From Acidobacteriota bacterium (GTDB lineage Bacteria; Acidobacteriota; UBA6911; RPQK01; JANQFM01), in the NCBI GenBank assembly GCA_041630155.1, contig JBFKLX010000005.1:1-57392 (forward strand): 57,392 nucleotides of DNA. Direction: 5' to 3'. The notes below the pieces were generated by a model. It was not told the origin of the DNA. It was given only the letters and a program-made list of their open reading frames with translations, and searched no databases. The translations under genes and the position numbers were made by a program. Every line of letters begins with the position of its first letter. Position 1 is the stretch's first letter. Positions 38,093-48,277 of this stretch are shown here, in pieces.

Positions 38093-38202
38093 TTTCGAGT
38101 TCCCCCAGAATGTGACGCCCGAATCTTAGCAGCCGCCGGGTCGGAACGGCCAGCCTCGACCAGGAGAACCCTCGGCCGGCCGGGAGAAACCACTGGTGTG
38201 GT

Positions 38203-39789
38203 TCACATGCCGGCCTCGAGACTCTGCACCGGGAGCGTGGCCATCTGATTGCCGCGAAGCAGGATCGCCATCGCCGCGAACCGGCAGTCGGCTGTGCCGG
38301 TCAGTGAGCCTTCGAACTCCACGTCCAGCCCGGGGAACAGCTGATCGATGAAACTCGCCACGTGACCCAGGGCGGCCAACGCGATCTCGGCAGTCGCGAT
38401 CAGATTGCCCGCCGAGTCCAGCAGAGAGAGCCGGATAGTGCAGCCGGTCTCCGAAACCTCGGCTAGAGCGATGCCCGAGTTCACATTGCCTCGGGCACTG
38501 CGCTGCACCGGCACTCCGAATGCCCGCAGCGGCACTGAAGCGAGCACTCCTGCGAAGCCAAAGTCACTGGAAAAGAGGACGTGTGCCAACAAGGGCTGGT
38601 TGGAGAACACCTGAGCGAATCCAACAGCGGGCGGCTGGGTCGCACCGGGCGTGGAGAGCGTGCGGCTTTGCCCCGGCTGCAGGGTGAATCCGGTCTGGCC
38701 GGCTGCCGGTCCTTCGTCCAGGGGAATGGGGAGCAGAGCGCCGTCCTGCCCTCGAAGCTCCGCCACAACTTCTACCGGCGTCGCCTTGAAATTGGCGGCC
38801 AGCAGTTGAGAGACGATCTCAGGGCTGTCGGCGAACTGTGCGAGAACCGCATGGTGCCGGAGAACCAGAAACTCGTCCGACTGCGCGGTCGACCCGAAGC
38901 CCTCGACGGTGGCGCCACCCGGGATGATGATTCGATCGAGAAACACGGCAGCTCCGATCCCGTGGCGGGGCAGGGGCATCGGGGTCAGGCTGGACCAGCG
39001 GCCGGTGCCAGGGTCGAAGACCTCCACCTCTTCGAAGACCCCTGGGATCTCTCCTCCGAAAACGAAGAGCCGGCCGCCCACGGCGACCGCAGCAATCCCG
39101 GAGCGAGCCGTGGGGAGCGGTGGCCCTGCTTCCCAGCTCGCGGTGGCCGGATCGAAGATCTCGAGGCTGTTGAGATTGCTCCCGAAGCGGCGCCCGCCGA
39201 CCACGTAGAGCTTGCCGTCTATGGCCGCAGCCGCGTGATGGTTGCGCGGCATGCTCATGGAAGGGAGCGTCTCCCAGGTTCCCGCAGCCGGATCGAAACG
39301 GAACAAAGAACTGGTGTCCCCGCCCAGGCCCGCGCCACCCGCCGCATAGATGCAACCGTCGATGACCGCCGCGGCCAACGCTCCCCGCGAACTCGGCAGT
39401 GAAGAAATTTCACTCCAGTTTCCAGCCGACGGATCCAACTCGAAGACCTCGTCGGTGGGAGAAAAAGTGGTTCCCAGAAAACCTCCCACTGAATAGATCC
39501 TCCCGCCAACCTGGGCGGCGGCGCCATGGTGCAGGACGCGTGGAAGCCCCGCAGCTTCGCTCCAGGTACCGGCTTCGGCGTCGAAGACCGCGACTCCGTT
39601 GGTGGCGCCTCCCGGCGTCAAGCCTCCCAGCACGTAGACATCCTTTCCCAGGGCTGTCACCGCGACTTCCTGACGGGGCGAGGGCAGCGGCGCGATCGCC
39701 CGCCACAGGCCTCGAACCGGCGCGGAAGCAAGGCTGGTCATCGAGAGAGTCAGAAGCACTGCCGGGATGAGAATCGATCGAGAATTCAT
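38203..39789 (-). CDS. Exported Kelch-repeat beta-propeller with a C-terminal tandem beta-rich domain
   Basis: Signal peptide, six Kelch repeats (YVLGG...W...LP..R) and a ~215-aa beta-rich C-terminus. Confidence 0.88.
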   Translation of the reverse strand: MNSRSILIPAVLLTLSMTSLASAPVRGLWRAIAPLPSPRQEVAVTALGKDVYVLGGLTPGGATNGVAVFDAEAGTWSEAAGLPRVLHHGAAAQVGGRIYSVGGFLGTTFSPTDEVFELDPSAGNWSEISSLPSSRGALAAAVIDGCIYAAGGAGLGGDTSSLFRFDPAAGTWETLPSMSMPRNHHAAAAIDGKLYVVGGRRFGSNLNSLEIFDPATASWEAGPPLPTARSGIAAVAVGGRLFVFGGEIPGVFEEVEVFDPGTGRWSSLTPMPLPRHGIGAAVFLDRIIIPGGATVEGFGSTAQSDEFLVLRHHAVLAQFADSPEIVSQLLAANFKATPVEVVAELRGQDGALLPIPLDEGPAAGQTGFTLQPGQSRTLSTPGATQPPAVGFAQVFSNQPLLAHVLFSSDFGFAGVLASVPLRAFGVPVQRSARGNVNSGIALAEVSETGCTIRLSLLDSAGNLIATAEIALAALGHVASFIDQLFPGLDVEFEGSLTGTADCRFAAMAILLRGNQMATLPVQSLEAGM

Positions 39790-39949
39790 CACGGTCCCAC
39801 TATACAACCCGGGGTCTCCGGGAAATGTTCAATTGCCGATTCCCGACTGCCCCGCGGTCAAGGGATTTGGCGTGTGGTGCTCGAATGTGTCTGCCTCCGG
39901 GCCCTCCAAGCTGGCCAGCCATCCTGCCGATCGCGTAAGCTGAAAGCCG

Positions 39950-40999
39950 ATGAGACTCCCTCGCTGGCTGCTCGTCCTGATCGCGATCGCTTCCTGTGCC
40001 GCGGCCTTTGCCGCCAAGACGCTCTGGGACGCCGGGGAGTTCCGACGCCTGGAGCCCAGGCTTCCGGGTCCCTGCCGCCAAGTGGCTGGAGTTCCCAGCT
40101 CCGAAGACATCACCGTGGACCGGGAGACTGGGATCGCGCTGGTCTCGGCCGCTGACCGGCGCGGCGGCACGCCCGGAGCCATCTTCGAGTTCGATTTGAG
40201 CGACCCGGCCGCCCAGCCGGTCAGGCTGGCGCAGGACTTTCCAGCCGACTTCCACCCTCACGGGATTTCGCTGTTTCGAGACGACCAGGGCCACAAGACT
40301 CTTCTGGTCGTCAATCATCGGCGGGACGGCCACTTCGTCGAAGTTTACGACTACTTCGAGCGAGCGCTGCGTCACCGGCGCTCGATCGGCTCGCCCCTGA
40401 TGCACAGCCCCAACGATCTCGCCGCCACCGGCCCGGACAGCTTCTACGTCACCAATGATCACCGGGCTGAGAGCGGTTTTGGGAGAGCCCTGGAGGAGTA
40501 TCTGCAGCTGGCTCGTTCCTATCTGCTCTACTTTGACGGGAGGGAATTCCAGATCGCGGCCGCCGGCCTCGCCTATCCCAACGGGGTCCAGCTCAGCGCC
40601 GACGGCAGAATGGTTTACGTTGGAGCATCGGTGGGCCGCACCATTTCGATTTATCGGCGCAACCCTGCGGACAACCAGCTCCGGCTGGAGCAGGTCATCG
40701 ACGCCGGGACCGGCGTGGACAACATCGAACTGGACGAGCAGGGCCACCTTTGGATCGGCGCCCACCCCAGGCTTCTGACATTCGTTCAGTACATGGCCGA
40801 TCCAGCCGAAATCGCTCCCTCGGAGGTGCTCGAAGTGATGCTCTTCCCGCAGCGCGGCTTTCAAATCACGCGCGTCCTGGTAGACGACGGCAGCCTGCTG
40901 TCCGCCTCCAGCGTGGCGGCGGTCTGGAAGGGCCACCTGCTGGTCGGCTCGGTCGCCGACCGGAGATTTCTGGTTTGCCGCCTGGGCGGGGGGTCTTAG
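39950..40999 (+). CDS. Paraoxonase/arylesterase-like (SMP-30/PON six-bladed propeller) lactonase
   Basis: SEDI, FHPHGIS, VVNH, SPND, FYVTNDH, YPNG and VDNI Ca-ligand motifs. Confidence 0.85.
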   Translation: MRLPRWLLVLIAIASCAAAFAAKTLWDAGEFRRLEPRLPGPCRQVAGVPSSEDITVDRETGIALVSAADRRGGTPGAIFEFDLSDPAAQPVRLAQDFPADFHPHGISLFRDDQGHKTLLVVNHRRDGHFVEVYDYFERALRHRRSIGSPLMHSPNDLAATGPDSFYVTNDHRAESGFGRALEEYLQLARSYLLYFDGREFQIAAAGLAYPNGVQLSADGRMVYVGASVGRTISIYRRNPADNQLRLEQVIDAGTGVDNIELDEQGHLWIGAHPRLLTFVQYMADPAEIAPSEVLEVMLFPQRGFQITRVLVDDGSLLSASSVAAVWKGHLLVGSVADRRFLVCRLGGGS

Positions 41000-41061
41000 C
41001 CCGGATTGCTCGAGCGGTCAAGACAAGGCAGCGCGAGACTGTCCGGGTTTTCGGCGCCGCT

Positions 41062-42744
41062 CTAGCGGCGAGGAACCAGTACTCTTCCCGGCAAGGCGCC
41101 CGTCGGTTTGCCGTCTCGCACCACGAATCGCCCGTTGACCAACACCTGTTCGATCCCCTCCGGAAACTGATGGGGTTCGAAGAAGGTGGCCCGATCTCGA
41201 ACGGTCTCGGGGTCCAGCACGACCAGATCAGCCTGGAAGCCCTCTCGCACCTGCCCACGGTTTTTCAAGCCGAGGATCTGAGCCGGCAGCGAAGTCATGG
41301 AGCGAACGGCATCCTCCAATGTGACCACCCCCAATTCGAGAGCGTAGCGCCGGAGCTTCCGAGGGAAGGTGCCATAGAATCGGGCATGCACGAAGCCGTC
41401 TTCGGGCAGAGCAATCCCCGCGTCGGAAGCGGTCGCCGTCCAGGCGGGACGTGCATAGCGCTGTAGATCCTCCTCGTGCAGAGAGAAGCCTCGCAACCGG
41501 GCGCCGCCGGGCCGCTGCGGGTCGCAACGGAACTGCAGCTGGAGAGCCGCGTCGACTTCGGTCAAACTCCACTCCACAGCCAGATCCGCCAGACTCTTTC
41601 CCACCAGCTCGTTCTCCGGGCACTCGAAAACCACGATCCGATCGGCTCCGCCACGCCGTGAGATCTCATGGCGCACATCCTGGCGGAGTCGAACCTCCGC
41701 TTCGGAATCCTCCAAAACCTGGCGCAGCGCGGCGGCACGGTCCACGACGCCTGCGGCCGGGGAGCGATTGGGGAACACCCAGGGTGGAATCAGCACCGTA
41801 TTGCCGTCGCTGCCGGTGGTGTCATAAGGGTACTGATCCGCATAGATCTCCACACCCTCCTTGCGCGCCCGTTGGATCGCCAGAATCGCTGCCGCAGAGG
41901 AGCCCCAGTAATGCGCCCCCTTGGCCTTGATGTGGGAGGCCACAACCGCGACACCCGTCCCGCGTCCGATCTCGATCGTCTCCATCACGGCGTCCAGCAG
42001 AGTCGGAGGTGAGGCGTCCCGACTGGGCCACCACCACATCGGGTCGGATCCTTCGCTGCGCTGATGTGAGATGTAGACTCCCCCGTAAGGCGCCACACTC
42101 CTGACCACCTCCACCGTCTCTTCCAGATTGCTCCAACGACCCGGGTAGTATTCCAGACCCGCCGACACGCCGGCTGCCCCCTCCTCCATCGCCTGGGTCA
42201 CCAGCTCGGACATCTGCGCCACCTCTTGCGGGGTGGCCGCCCGGCGAACGTCGGCACCCATGGCCAAGGCGCGCACGGTGCCATGTCCGACCAGCAGAAT
42301 CGTGTTGGGTCCGATCCCCCCGGACTCGAGGGCCGTCTTCTGTTCGGCAATCGGCCAAGCCGAGCGTCCGTCCTGGTTTACTACAACCGTAGTAATTCCC
42401 TGGGCCACCAGGTTGGGTGCGGCACGGCGCGCCGCGTTGGACGAGCGAAGGCCGGTCTCCTGGCGCAGCGGATCGTCGGCGTGGGAGTGCAAGTCGATGA
42501 AACCGGGAAGGATGAGCTTCCCGGCGGCCTCCACTACGAGATCGGCGCGTAAAGCGTCCAGCCGTCCCACGGCCACGATTCCGCTCTCGCGTACCCCGAC
42601 GTCGGCACGAAAGGGGGGATTTCCGGTACCGTCCATGACTCGTCCCCCCCGGATCAGGACCGAGAAGCGCTGATCCTGGGCCGAAAGGGATCCCAGCAGG
42701 GTCAGCAATAGGGACAGGACTGCAAGGCTATGTTTGGCTTTCAT
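41062..42744 (-). CDS. Exported N-acyl-D-amino-acid deacylase (amidohydrolase)
   Basis: PGFIDLHSHAD, SHQRSE, SHIKA, DQYPY, HARFYGTFPR and SMTSLPA motifs. Confidence 0.9.
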   Translation of the reverse strand: MKAKHSLAVLSLLLTLLGSLSAQDQRFSVLIRGGRVMDGTGNPPFRADVGVRESGIVAVGRLDALRADLVVEAAGKLILPGFIDLHSHADDPLRQETGLRSSNAARRAAPNLVAQGITTVVVNQDGRSAWPIAEQKTALESGGIGPNTILLVGHGTVRALAMGADVRRAATPQEVAQMSELVTQAMEEGAAGVSAGLEYYPGRWSNLEETVEVVRSVAPYGGVYISHQRSEGSDPMWWWPSRDASPPTLLDAVMETIEIGRGTGVAVVASHIKAKGAHYWGSSAAAILAIQRARKEGVEIYADQYPYDTTGSDGNTVLIPPWVFPNRSPAAGVVDRAAALRQVLEDSEAEVRLRQDVRHEISRRGGADRIVVFECPENELVGKSLADLAVEWSLTEVDAALQLQFRCDPQRPGGARLRGFSLHEEDLQRYARPAWTATASDAGIALPEDGFVHARFYGTFPRKLRRYALELGVVTLEDAVRSMTSLPAQILGLKNRGQVREGFQADLVVLDPETVRDRATFFEPHQFPEGIEQVLVNGRFVVRDGKPTGALPGRVLVPRR

Positions 42745-42904
42745 TGAATCGGTCTCCGCAGGGATTGTAGACCATCCCTGACTTCCCGAGGGGGGGCTGA
42801 GAGATCCAGGCTTGGTCTTTCGCCTGGCCTGAATCCGAGATCAGATGCATGTCGTCCTTGGTTAGAGAATCGGGCGGCGGATTCCATCGGGAGGGGAACT
42901 GGGG

Positions 42905-43822
42905 ATGCTGGAGGTTCTGGCCTTTGCTGTTTTGTGCCTCGTGTGGGGGACCTCCTGGGTCGCGATCAAGTACTCTCTGCTCGGATTTCCGCCCTTCCTG
43001 GGTGCCGCTCTGCGCTTCCTGGCAGCCGCGGTCATGCTGGCTGGATATCTTCGGCTGCGCCATCCCAAGCCACGAACCCGAGGGAACTTGCCACTGGTGG
43101 TCCTGACGGCGGTGCTGGTGTACGTCGTCGATTACGGGTTGATCTATTGGGGTGAGCAGTTCCTCTCGGCTGGAGTCACAGCGATCTTCTTCGCCACTTT
43201 TCCGATCTTCACCGGGCTGATGTCCCACTTCCTTCTTCGCAAGGAGCCCTTCCGCCACAACATCTATCTGGGCCTGGCGGTGGGGTTCGCCGGCGTGGCA
43301 GTGATTTTTCATCAAGAGTTGGCGCGCACCGCCTTTGAAGGCCAGATCCTGCTGGCGGTCCTGGGTGTGTTGACCGGCGCCGCATCCGGAGCCCTCAGTT
43401 CGGTGCTGGTGAAGAAGCATCTCAGCACGACCGACCCTGCTCAGCTCAGCCTCCAGCAGATGATCGTGGGAAGCCTGTGCCTGCTGGTGGTGGCCTGGCT
43501 CCGGGGCGAGGTCGCCCAGGCAGCCTGGGACGACCGTGCCGTGCTGGCGGTGCTTTACCTGGCCCTGGCTGCCTCGGCACTGGCATTTACCCTCTACTAC
43601 TGGCTCCTGCAGCGAATCACCGCGGTGTCTCTTTCCCTGGTCGTCTATTTCACACCAGTTGTGGCGGTGTTTTTCGATTGGCTGCTGCTGAATCAGGCGA
43701 TCCACCCCCAAGTCGTCCTGGGGATGCTGCTGATTTTTCTCGGGGTGTTGACCTCGCAGCTCCACCACTACCGGGCCTACCGGAGAAGGAAAAGAGCTCG
43801 CGAGGCCGTCGAAGCGAGTTGA
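42905..43822 (+). CDS. EamA/DMT-family transporter
   Basis: Ten TM helices in two EamA repeats (VWGTSWVAIK...PPF..AALRF). Confidence 0.9.
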   Translation: MLEVLAFAVLCLVWGTSWVAIKYSLLGFPPFLGAALRFLAAAVMLAGYLRLRHPKPRTRGNLPLVVLTAVLVYVVDYGLIYWGEQFLSAGVTAIFFATFPIFTGLMSHFLLRKEPFRHNIYLGLAVGFAGVAVIFHQELARTAFEGQILLAVLGVLTGAASGALSSVLVKKHLSTTDPAQLSLQQMIVGSLCLLVVAWLRGEVAQAAWDDRAVLAVLYLALAASALAFTLYYWLLQRITAVSLSLVVYFTPVVAVFFDWLLLNQAIHPQVVLGMLLIFLGVLTSQLHHYRAYRRRKRAREAVEAS

Positions 43823-43865
43823 CGACCTCTGGAACGATCGTTCCACCAATCGATCTGCCGGGGCG

Positions 43866-44408
43866 TCATCCAGGCTCGCCCGTTTCGACAAAGTTCCTGT
43901 AGCGGCTCAACTGTTCACTGAGTACGTGATCGACCGGCCCCGCCAGCCGCTCCAGCCCGCCCTTCGAGTAACCCGACACTCGATAAGTCAACTCCACCCG
44001 GGCTCCACCCTCGTCGATCGGCAGGAAGACCACGCTCATGGCACCGTCCAATCCCAGCTCCTGGAGGGGGCCCAAGCCGCCGAGCATGCGGATCCCCTTG
44101 CCAGGGTCGACGAACACCACGGTGAGATGACGCACCTCGGAGCCGGCAGGGGTGCGCTCACAAAAGCAGCCTTGGGCCTCGGGTTGGATCGAGAGGTACT
44201 CAGAAGTCCCGAAGAAGGTATGGTCGGGATGCCACCAAGAGCTCACTTTGCCGACAAAAATCTGGTAGGCCCGGTCCGGGGTTGCGGAGACCTCGACTGT
44301 ACTGCGAACGGAGAAGCCCTGTGGCGCCACATCCAGGACTTCCGCCCTCGACCCGGTTCCAAGCATACAGAGCACCGCGACCCAAGGGGTGATTCTGAAC
44401 AGATTCAT
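43866..44408 (-). CDS. Exported SRPBCC/START-fold protein
   Basis: Signal peptide, SSWWHPDHTF, GCFCE, GGLGPLQELG and PVDHVLSEQLSRY. Confidence 0.75.
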   Translation of the reverse strand: MNLFRITPWVAVLCMLGTGSRAEVLDVAPQGFSVRSTVEVSATPDRAYQIFVGKVSSWWHPDHTFFGTSEYLSIQPEAQGCFCERTPAGSEVRHLTVVFVDPGKGIRMLGGLGPLQELGLDGAMSVVFLPIDEGGARVELTYRVSGYSKGGLERLAGPVDHVLSEQLSRYRNFVETGEPG

Positions 44409-44540
44409 TGACGCTTTCCTCCGCACCGGACTGTCAACAAGTTTACAGACGCGTGGCTGATACGGAAAGCCCGTGCCAAACTGGGGCGGCGCTCTTTGCT
44501 CGCAAGTGTGGCGGGCGGTCCCTTCGGCGCTCGGCGGCCC

Positions 44541-45437
44541 TCAATCGTAAAGCAGTTTCAGGAGCCGTCGGGCCAGGTTGGCCATGAACTCGACGGACAT
44601 CTCGAAGTGGTCTTCCAGGATGTCCAGGAAGGACTCGATGCGAATCTCGAGGATGGTGCTCTGCCTGGAGGCCTCGAGCTCGTACCAGCGGAGCCGGGAG
44701 GAGAGCGCTTCTTCCAACCCCACCAGGGCCGGTGGGCGAATCGGTGACTGCCGGGTCTGACTTCGCTGCAACAGCTCACCCGCTGTCAACAGGAGAAAAT
44801 GTTCGGCGTCGGACCCCATGGTCCACAGCTGTCGTCCGGCCTCGAGTTCCCGCGTGCGCGCATGCCGGCACACTTCCCCCAGGGCGTCGAGACTGCAGTT
44901 CTGAAACTCCGAAAGTGTGGCCAGTAGGCCGAGTTTGTCGACCAGATCGAGTCTCGCACCAAAGATTGGGTGGGTCGGTGCCTGCCTTTCCCGGGGAGCT
45001 GCGGCCTGGTCGATCACACTGATGGTCAGCGACAGCAGGTAGCGGAAATAGCTGGCCAGGATGTCGAAATGGCTCTCCCATAAGTCCAACTGGCTCTCAC
45101 CCGGGAACTCCAGCGCGAGTGTTTCCGTCTCGGCCCGGGCGGTCAAACCTTGCCCCCCCCGGGCGACCAGGTGCAAAAATCCCACCGTCTCTTCGGGGCC
45201 CAGGCGCTGAGGTTGCCCGCTCCCCCTTTGGACTTCCACTATGCCGTCCACGACGACGTAAAACGATTCCACTGGGACGCCGCTGCGGAAGAGATACTCC
45301 CCACTGGCAAAGGTGCGTTCCTTGGCGTGCCGAGCGATGCTGGCCAGGTGATCCGAGCTCAAGCCCTGGGCGGCGGGGAGGCTGCGGAGGTAAAGCACCC
45401 GCTCCAGCGGCCCGACGAACAGCACTTTATCGCGCAC
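44541..45437 (-). CDS. Tandem cyclic-nucleotide-binding (cNMP) domain protein with no DNA-binding domain
   Basis: Two repeats (LERVLYLRSLP...GEYLFRSG...FYVVVDG and VDKLGLLATL...GRQLWTMG...FLLLTAG). GTG 45437 has a GGAGG RBS and overlaps the upstream stop codon. Confidence 0.85.
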   Translation of the reverse strand: MRDKVLFVGPLERVLYLRSLPAAQGLSSDHLASIARHAKERTFASGEYLFRSGVPVESFYVVVDGIVEVQRGSGQPQRLGPEETVGFLHLVARGGQGLTARAETETLALEFPGESQLDLWESHFDILASYFRYLLSLTISVIDQAAAPRERQAPTHPIFGARLDLVDKLGLLATLSEFQNCSLDALGEVCRHARTRELEAGRQLWTMGSDAEHFLLLTAGELLQRSQTRQSPIRPPALVGLEEALSSRLRWYELEASRQSTILEIRIESFLDILEDHFEMSVEFMANLARRLLKLLYD

Positions 45438-48153
45438 CCTGACCCTCCATTCGCGAATTGGAGTCGGGCAAGTCTCCTTGGATGACCAGCGCCAAAGCCG
45501 TGGAGGCGCCACGCAGTCGCCGGCGCAAGAGGCGCTCCCAGCCTGGAATCTCCAGGTGGGCCAGCTGTCGAGCGGCCAGACAGCTCAGCATTTCTGAGGG
45601 ACTCTCCAGCAGGACCTCCAGCACCTCGCCATATTCCTCCGAGGAAGCGACACCATCTCGAAGGGTCGAATCGTCGAACAGTTCCAGGAGGGCTCCGGCC
45701 AGTGTCTTGGGGACCAGATACTCCAGCAACTCTCGACTGCCGGCCCGTGAGCTCTCCTGTTCACTCCGGAGACCCGCATAGACTTTGCGGAAGTCTTCGC
45801 TGGCATAGAGCAGGTTGAGCAACCGGAAGATCCGCTCCAGGGCGTGAATCTGCTTGTGCCGGAGCAGGTCCGCCAGGATGTCGTGAACCGAGCCGGCCCG
45901 GAGATGCAAATCGGGAGGGATGGATCCCAGTTGCCGGCGCCACTGCGAGTACGCCACGGCAGAACCGAGATTCTCGTCCAACACGAGTTGCAGAGGCTCA
46001 GCCGGAAGTTCCAGGCGGGGGTAGTCCTTGCGCAGCGCACCCAGCGCGCGCAGGATCTTGAAACGGATCATCCCGTCGCTCTCGCCCTGCAAATGTTCGA
46101 TCAGGATCTCTGCAGCGACGGTGGGTTCGAACCGCCTGACCACGGCGGGAACATGGCAACGGATGCCGTGGGGCACCTCTGGATTGCGCAGCGCGGAGTC
46201 CAGTTGGGACACGACAGCGGGGCGCAGGGCCAACAGGGCCTCGGTGACCGGGCCACGCAGCCGCCGAGTCCCCAGGAACATCAAGAGCGGCTCGAACAGC
46301 TGGGCCGTCCCCACGGCCCGCATCGCGCGGACCAGTTCGAGTGGCGCCGAGCCGCCGAGCTGGCTGCGGCACATCAGGGCCAGCAGAGGTCCAAACTCCC
46401 GCAGGGGTCGGGCCCGGATTGCTCGGGCCATGGCGCCAATGGCAGGGGACGAGTTCAAGAACCCCTGTCTCTCCACCTCTCGGAGTTGCCGGGCCGAGGG
46501 AAGGCCGTCTCTGGCGATGATTCCCACCAGCGCAGTGGCTCGAACCGCCGGAGAAGCATCTCGCCGTGCCCGGTCGAGAACTGCCTGGCTCCCTCCCCCT
46601 TCTCTCATCACGAGCGCCTGCACGGCCGCCGCGCGAATCGCCTCGTGCTCGTGCTCCACGAGGCGTTCGATTGCCGGCAGCACGTCCTCTTTGGGGTCGA
46701 CGCCCAGCAACTCCAGGGCGCGCAAAACGACGCGGGGAGCAGGATGGTAGAGGATCAGAGCCGGAATGCGCGACTCCTGACGCAATTCGTGAAGCATTTC
46801 CAGGGCCGCCAGGACTCTCCGATCGTCGGGATGATTCAGCGCCTGCAGCAGCCGGGTGAGCGATGCGGTGTCCAAGGCAGGGAAATCGATTCGCGCCTGC
46901 GAGACCTCGGACGTCAGAATTTCCCGAAAAACGCCCAGATAATGCTGCTTGACACCTGGTACCAGCAACAGCCACAGCAGTGCGGAGGCCAGGGTAAACG
47001 CGAGGAAGGTCTGTTCATCGGCGCCCACCCGAAGAGCCCCAAGAATCAGCAGCGACGCAAGGCTCTGCCCACCCCGCTGACCCAACACGTCGATCACGCC
47101 CTTGACCTGGCCTCGCACTTTTTCGGGTAGGGGAACGAAAAGCAGTTCCGTGAGCGTTCGGTGGAAGGAGTGGCGCAGCGACCCGTCGACTGCCTTGAGC
47201 GACAGGGCAGCCAGCAGTCCGCCGGCAGCCCAGAAGCCGGCACAGCCCATCAACAGCAGCCCGGGCACCACGCCCTGGCTGGCATGCACCCCCAGACGAG
47301 GCAAGAGCCGCGGCGCCACTATCAGTTGCACCAGTAAAGACGACAGGTTCAGTGCCAGATAGACGCTGGAAAAGAACTGGTCCAACTGTGCGGCTGGAAC
47401 GAATCGGTCGGCCGCACTCTTGAACAGAAAGTCCACCAGGGTGAAGGTGACCGTGGACAGGAGGATCAGGAGCCCCAGACGCCGCAAATACGGACCCGCC
47501 CAGACCTTTCGCAGCACGGCCCTCAGCTCCTCCTGGCTCCCCTCCTCCGGGGGATCCATGACCGGGCTGTTCAGATGCATGATGCGCGGGAGGGGTGCTG
47601 AGAGCAGGAGCAAGCCGGCGGACGCCAGCAGCAAATGCCGGGCGGGGAGGTAGGTGGCCAGAACCACCGCCACGAAAGACCCCAGAATCGCTCCCACGAC
47701 GCTGCCGGTGCCGATCAGCGCAAACACGTGCTTGGCCCGAGTCAGGTTGAACAAGCCACCCAGCAGAGTCCAAAATCGGACGCCCACCAAGGTCACCAGG
47801 ACACCCGACCAGACGTAGAGTGCGTAGTACACCCAGGGCCCGACCCGACCGACCATCAGCCAGAACAGCAGCGTCACCAGGCCACTGGCACTCAACCAGA
47901 GGGAAAGCTCGTTCCGGGCTGCGAACAGGACGACCAGGCGCCGGTGATATCGAGTCAGCAGCAGGGAGATCAGCGCAATGGCCAGATAGACCCAGGGAAG
48001 TTCGCTGGCGGGAAGACGAGACAAGAAGAGGCTGTCGCGGGCGGTCTCGAGAAGAGCGTGCCCCGCCATGAAGCCACCCAGGGTCAGAAAAGCTCCGGCG
48101 ACGTTGCGCTTCTCGTCTCGACTCAGATCCCAACGCCAGAAGAACACTTTCAC
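45427..48153 (-). CDS. NTT/TLC (Npt1/Npt2-like) nucleotide translocase fused to HEAT repeats
   Basis: About 12 TMs with ETARDSLFLS, FWTL...AKHVFALIG, TLVDFLFK, DGSLRHSFHRTLTELLFVPLP and KGVIDVLGQRGG, followed by ~450 aa of HEAT-like helices; probable start GTG 48153. Confidence 0.82.
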   Translation of the reverse strand: MKVFFWRWDLSRDEKRNVAGAFLTLGGFMAGHALLETARDSLFLSRLPASELPWVYLAIALISLLLTRYHRRLVVLFAARNELSLWLSASGLVTLLFWLMVGRVGPWVYYALYVWSGVLVTLVGVRFWTLLGGLFNLTRAKHVFALIGTGSVVGAILGSFVAVVLATYLPARHLLLASAGLLLLSAPLPRIMHLNSPVMDPPEEGSQEELRAVLRKVWAGPYLRRLGLLILLSTVTFTLVDFLFKSAADRFVPAAQLDQFFSSVYLALNLSSLLVQLIVAPRLLPRLGVHASQGVVPGLLLMGCAGFWAAGGLLAALSLKAVDGSLRHSFHRTLTELLFVPLPEKVRGQVKGVIDVLGQRGGQSLASLLILGALRVGADEQTFLAFTLASALLWLLLVPGVKQHYLGVFREILTSEVSQARIDFPALDTASLTRLLQALNHPDDRRVLAALEMLHELRQESRIPALILYHPAPRVVLRALELLGVDPKEDVLPAIERLVEHEHEAIRAAAVQALVMREGGGSQAVLDRARRDASPAVRATALVGIIARDGLPSARQLREVERQGFLNSSPAIGAMARAIRARPLREFGPLLALMCRSQLGGSAPLELVRAMRAVGTAQLFEPLLMFLGTRRLRGPVTEALLALRPAVVSQLDSALRNPEVPHGIRCHVPAVVRRFEPTVAAEILIEHLQGESDGMIRFKILRALGALRKDYPRLELPAEPLQLVLDENLGSAVAYSQWRRQLGSIPPDLHLRAGSVHDILADLLRHKQIHALERIFRLLNLLYASEDFRKVYAGLRSEQESSRAGSRELLEYLVPKTLAGALLELFDDSTLRDGVASSEEYGEVLEVLLESPSEMLSCLAARQLAHLEIPGWERLLRRRLRGASTALALVIQGDLPDSNSRMEGQGAR

Positions 48154-48171
48154 CAACGTGCTCCGCCCTTG

Positions 48172-48229
48172 ACAGTAGCATAGTTGCCTGAGCCAACCAG
48201 CTTGGCTGCAGAGCACTCTCTGCTAAAAT
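48172..48229. promoter_or_regulatory. Possible divergent extended -10 promoters
   Basis: TGcTAAAAT (+, 48221-48229) and TGcTACTGT (-, 48172-48180) in the 124-bp spacer between the divergent genes. Confidence 0.35.
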
Positions 48230-48277
48230 CAGGTGATGGCGAGTTCGCGCGAGTTCGCGCCGAACAGCAAGAGCACC

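Noticed and set aside
44463-44478. Sigma54-like TGGCAC-N5-TTCC (minus strand) upstream of the SRPBCC gene
   Set aside because: The conserved -12 GC is replaced by CC.
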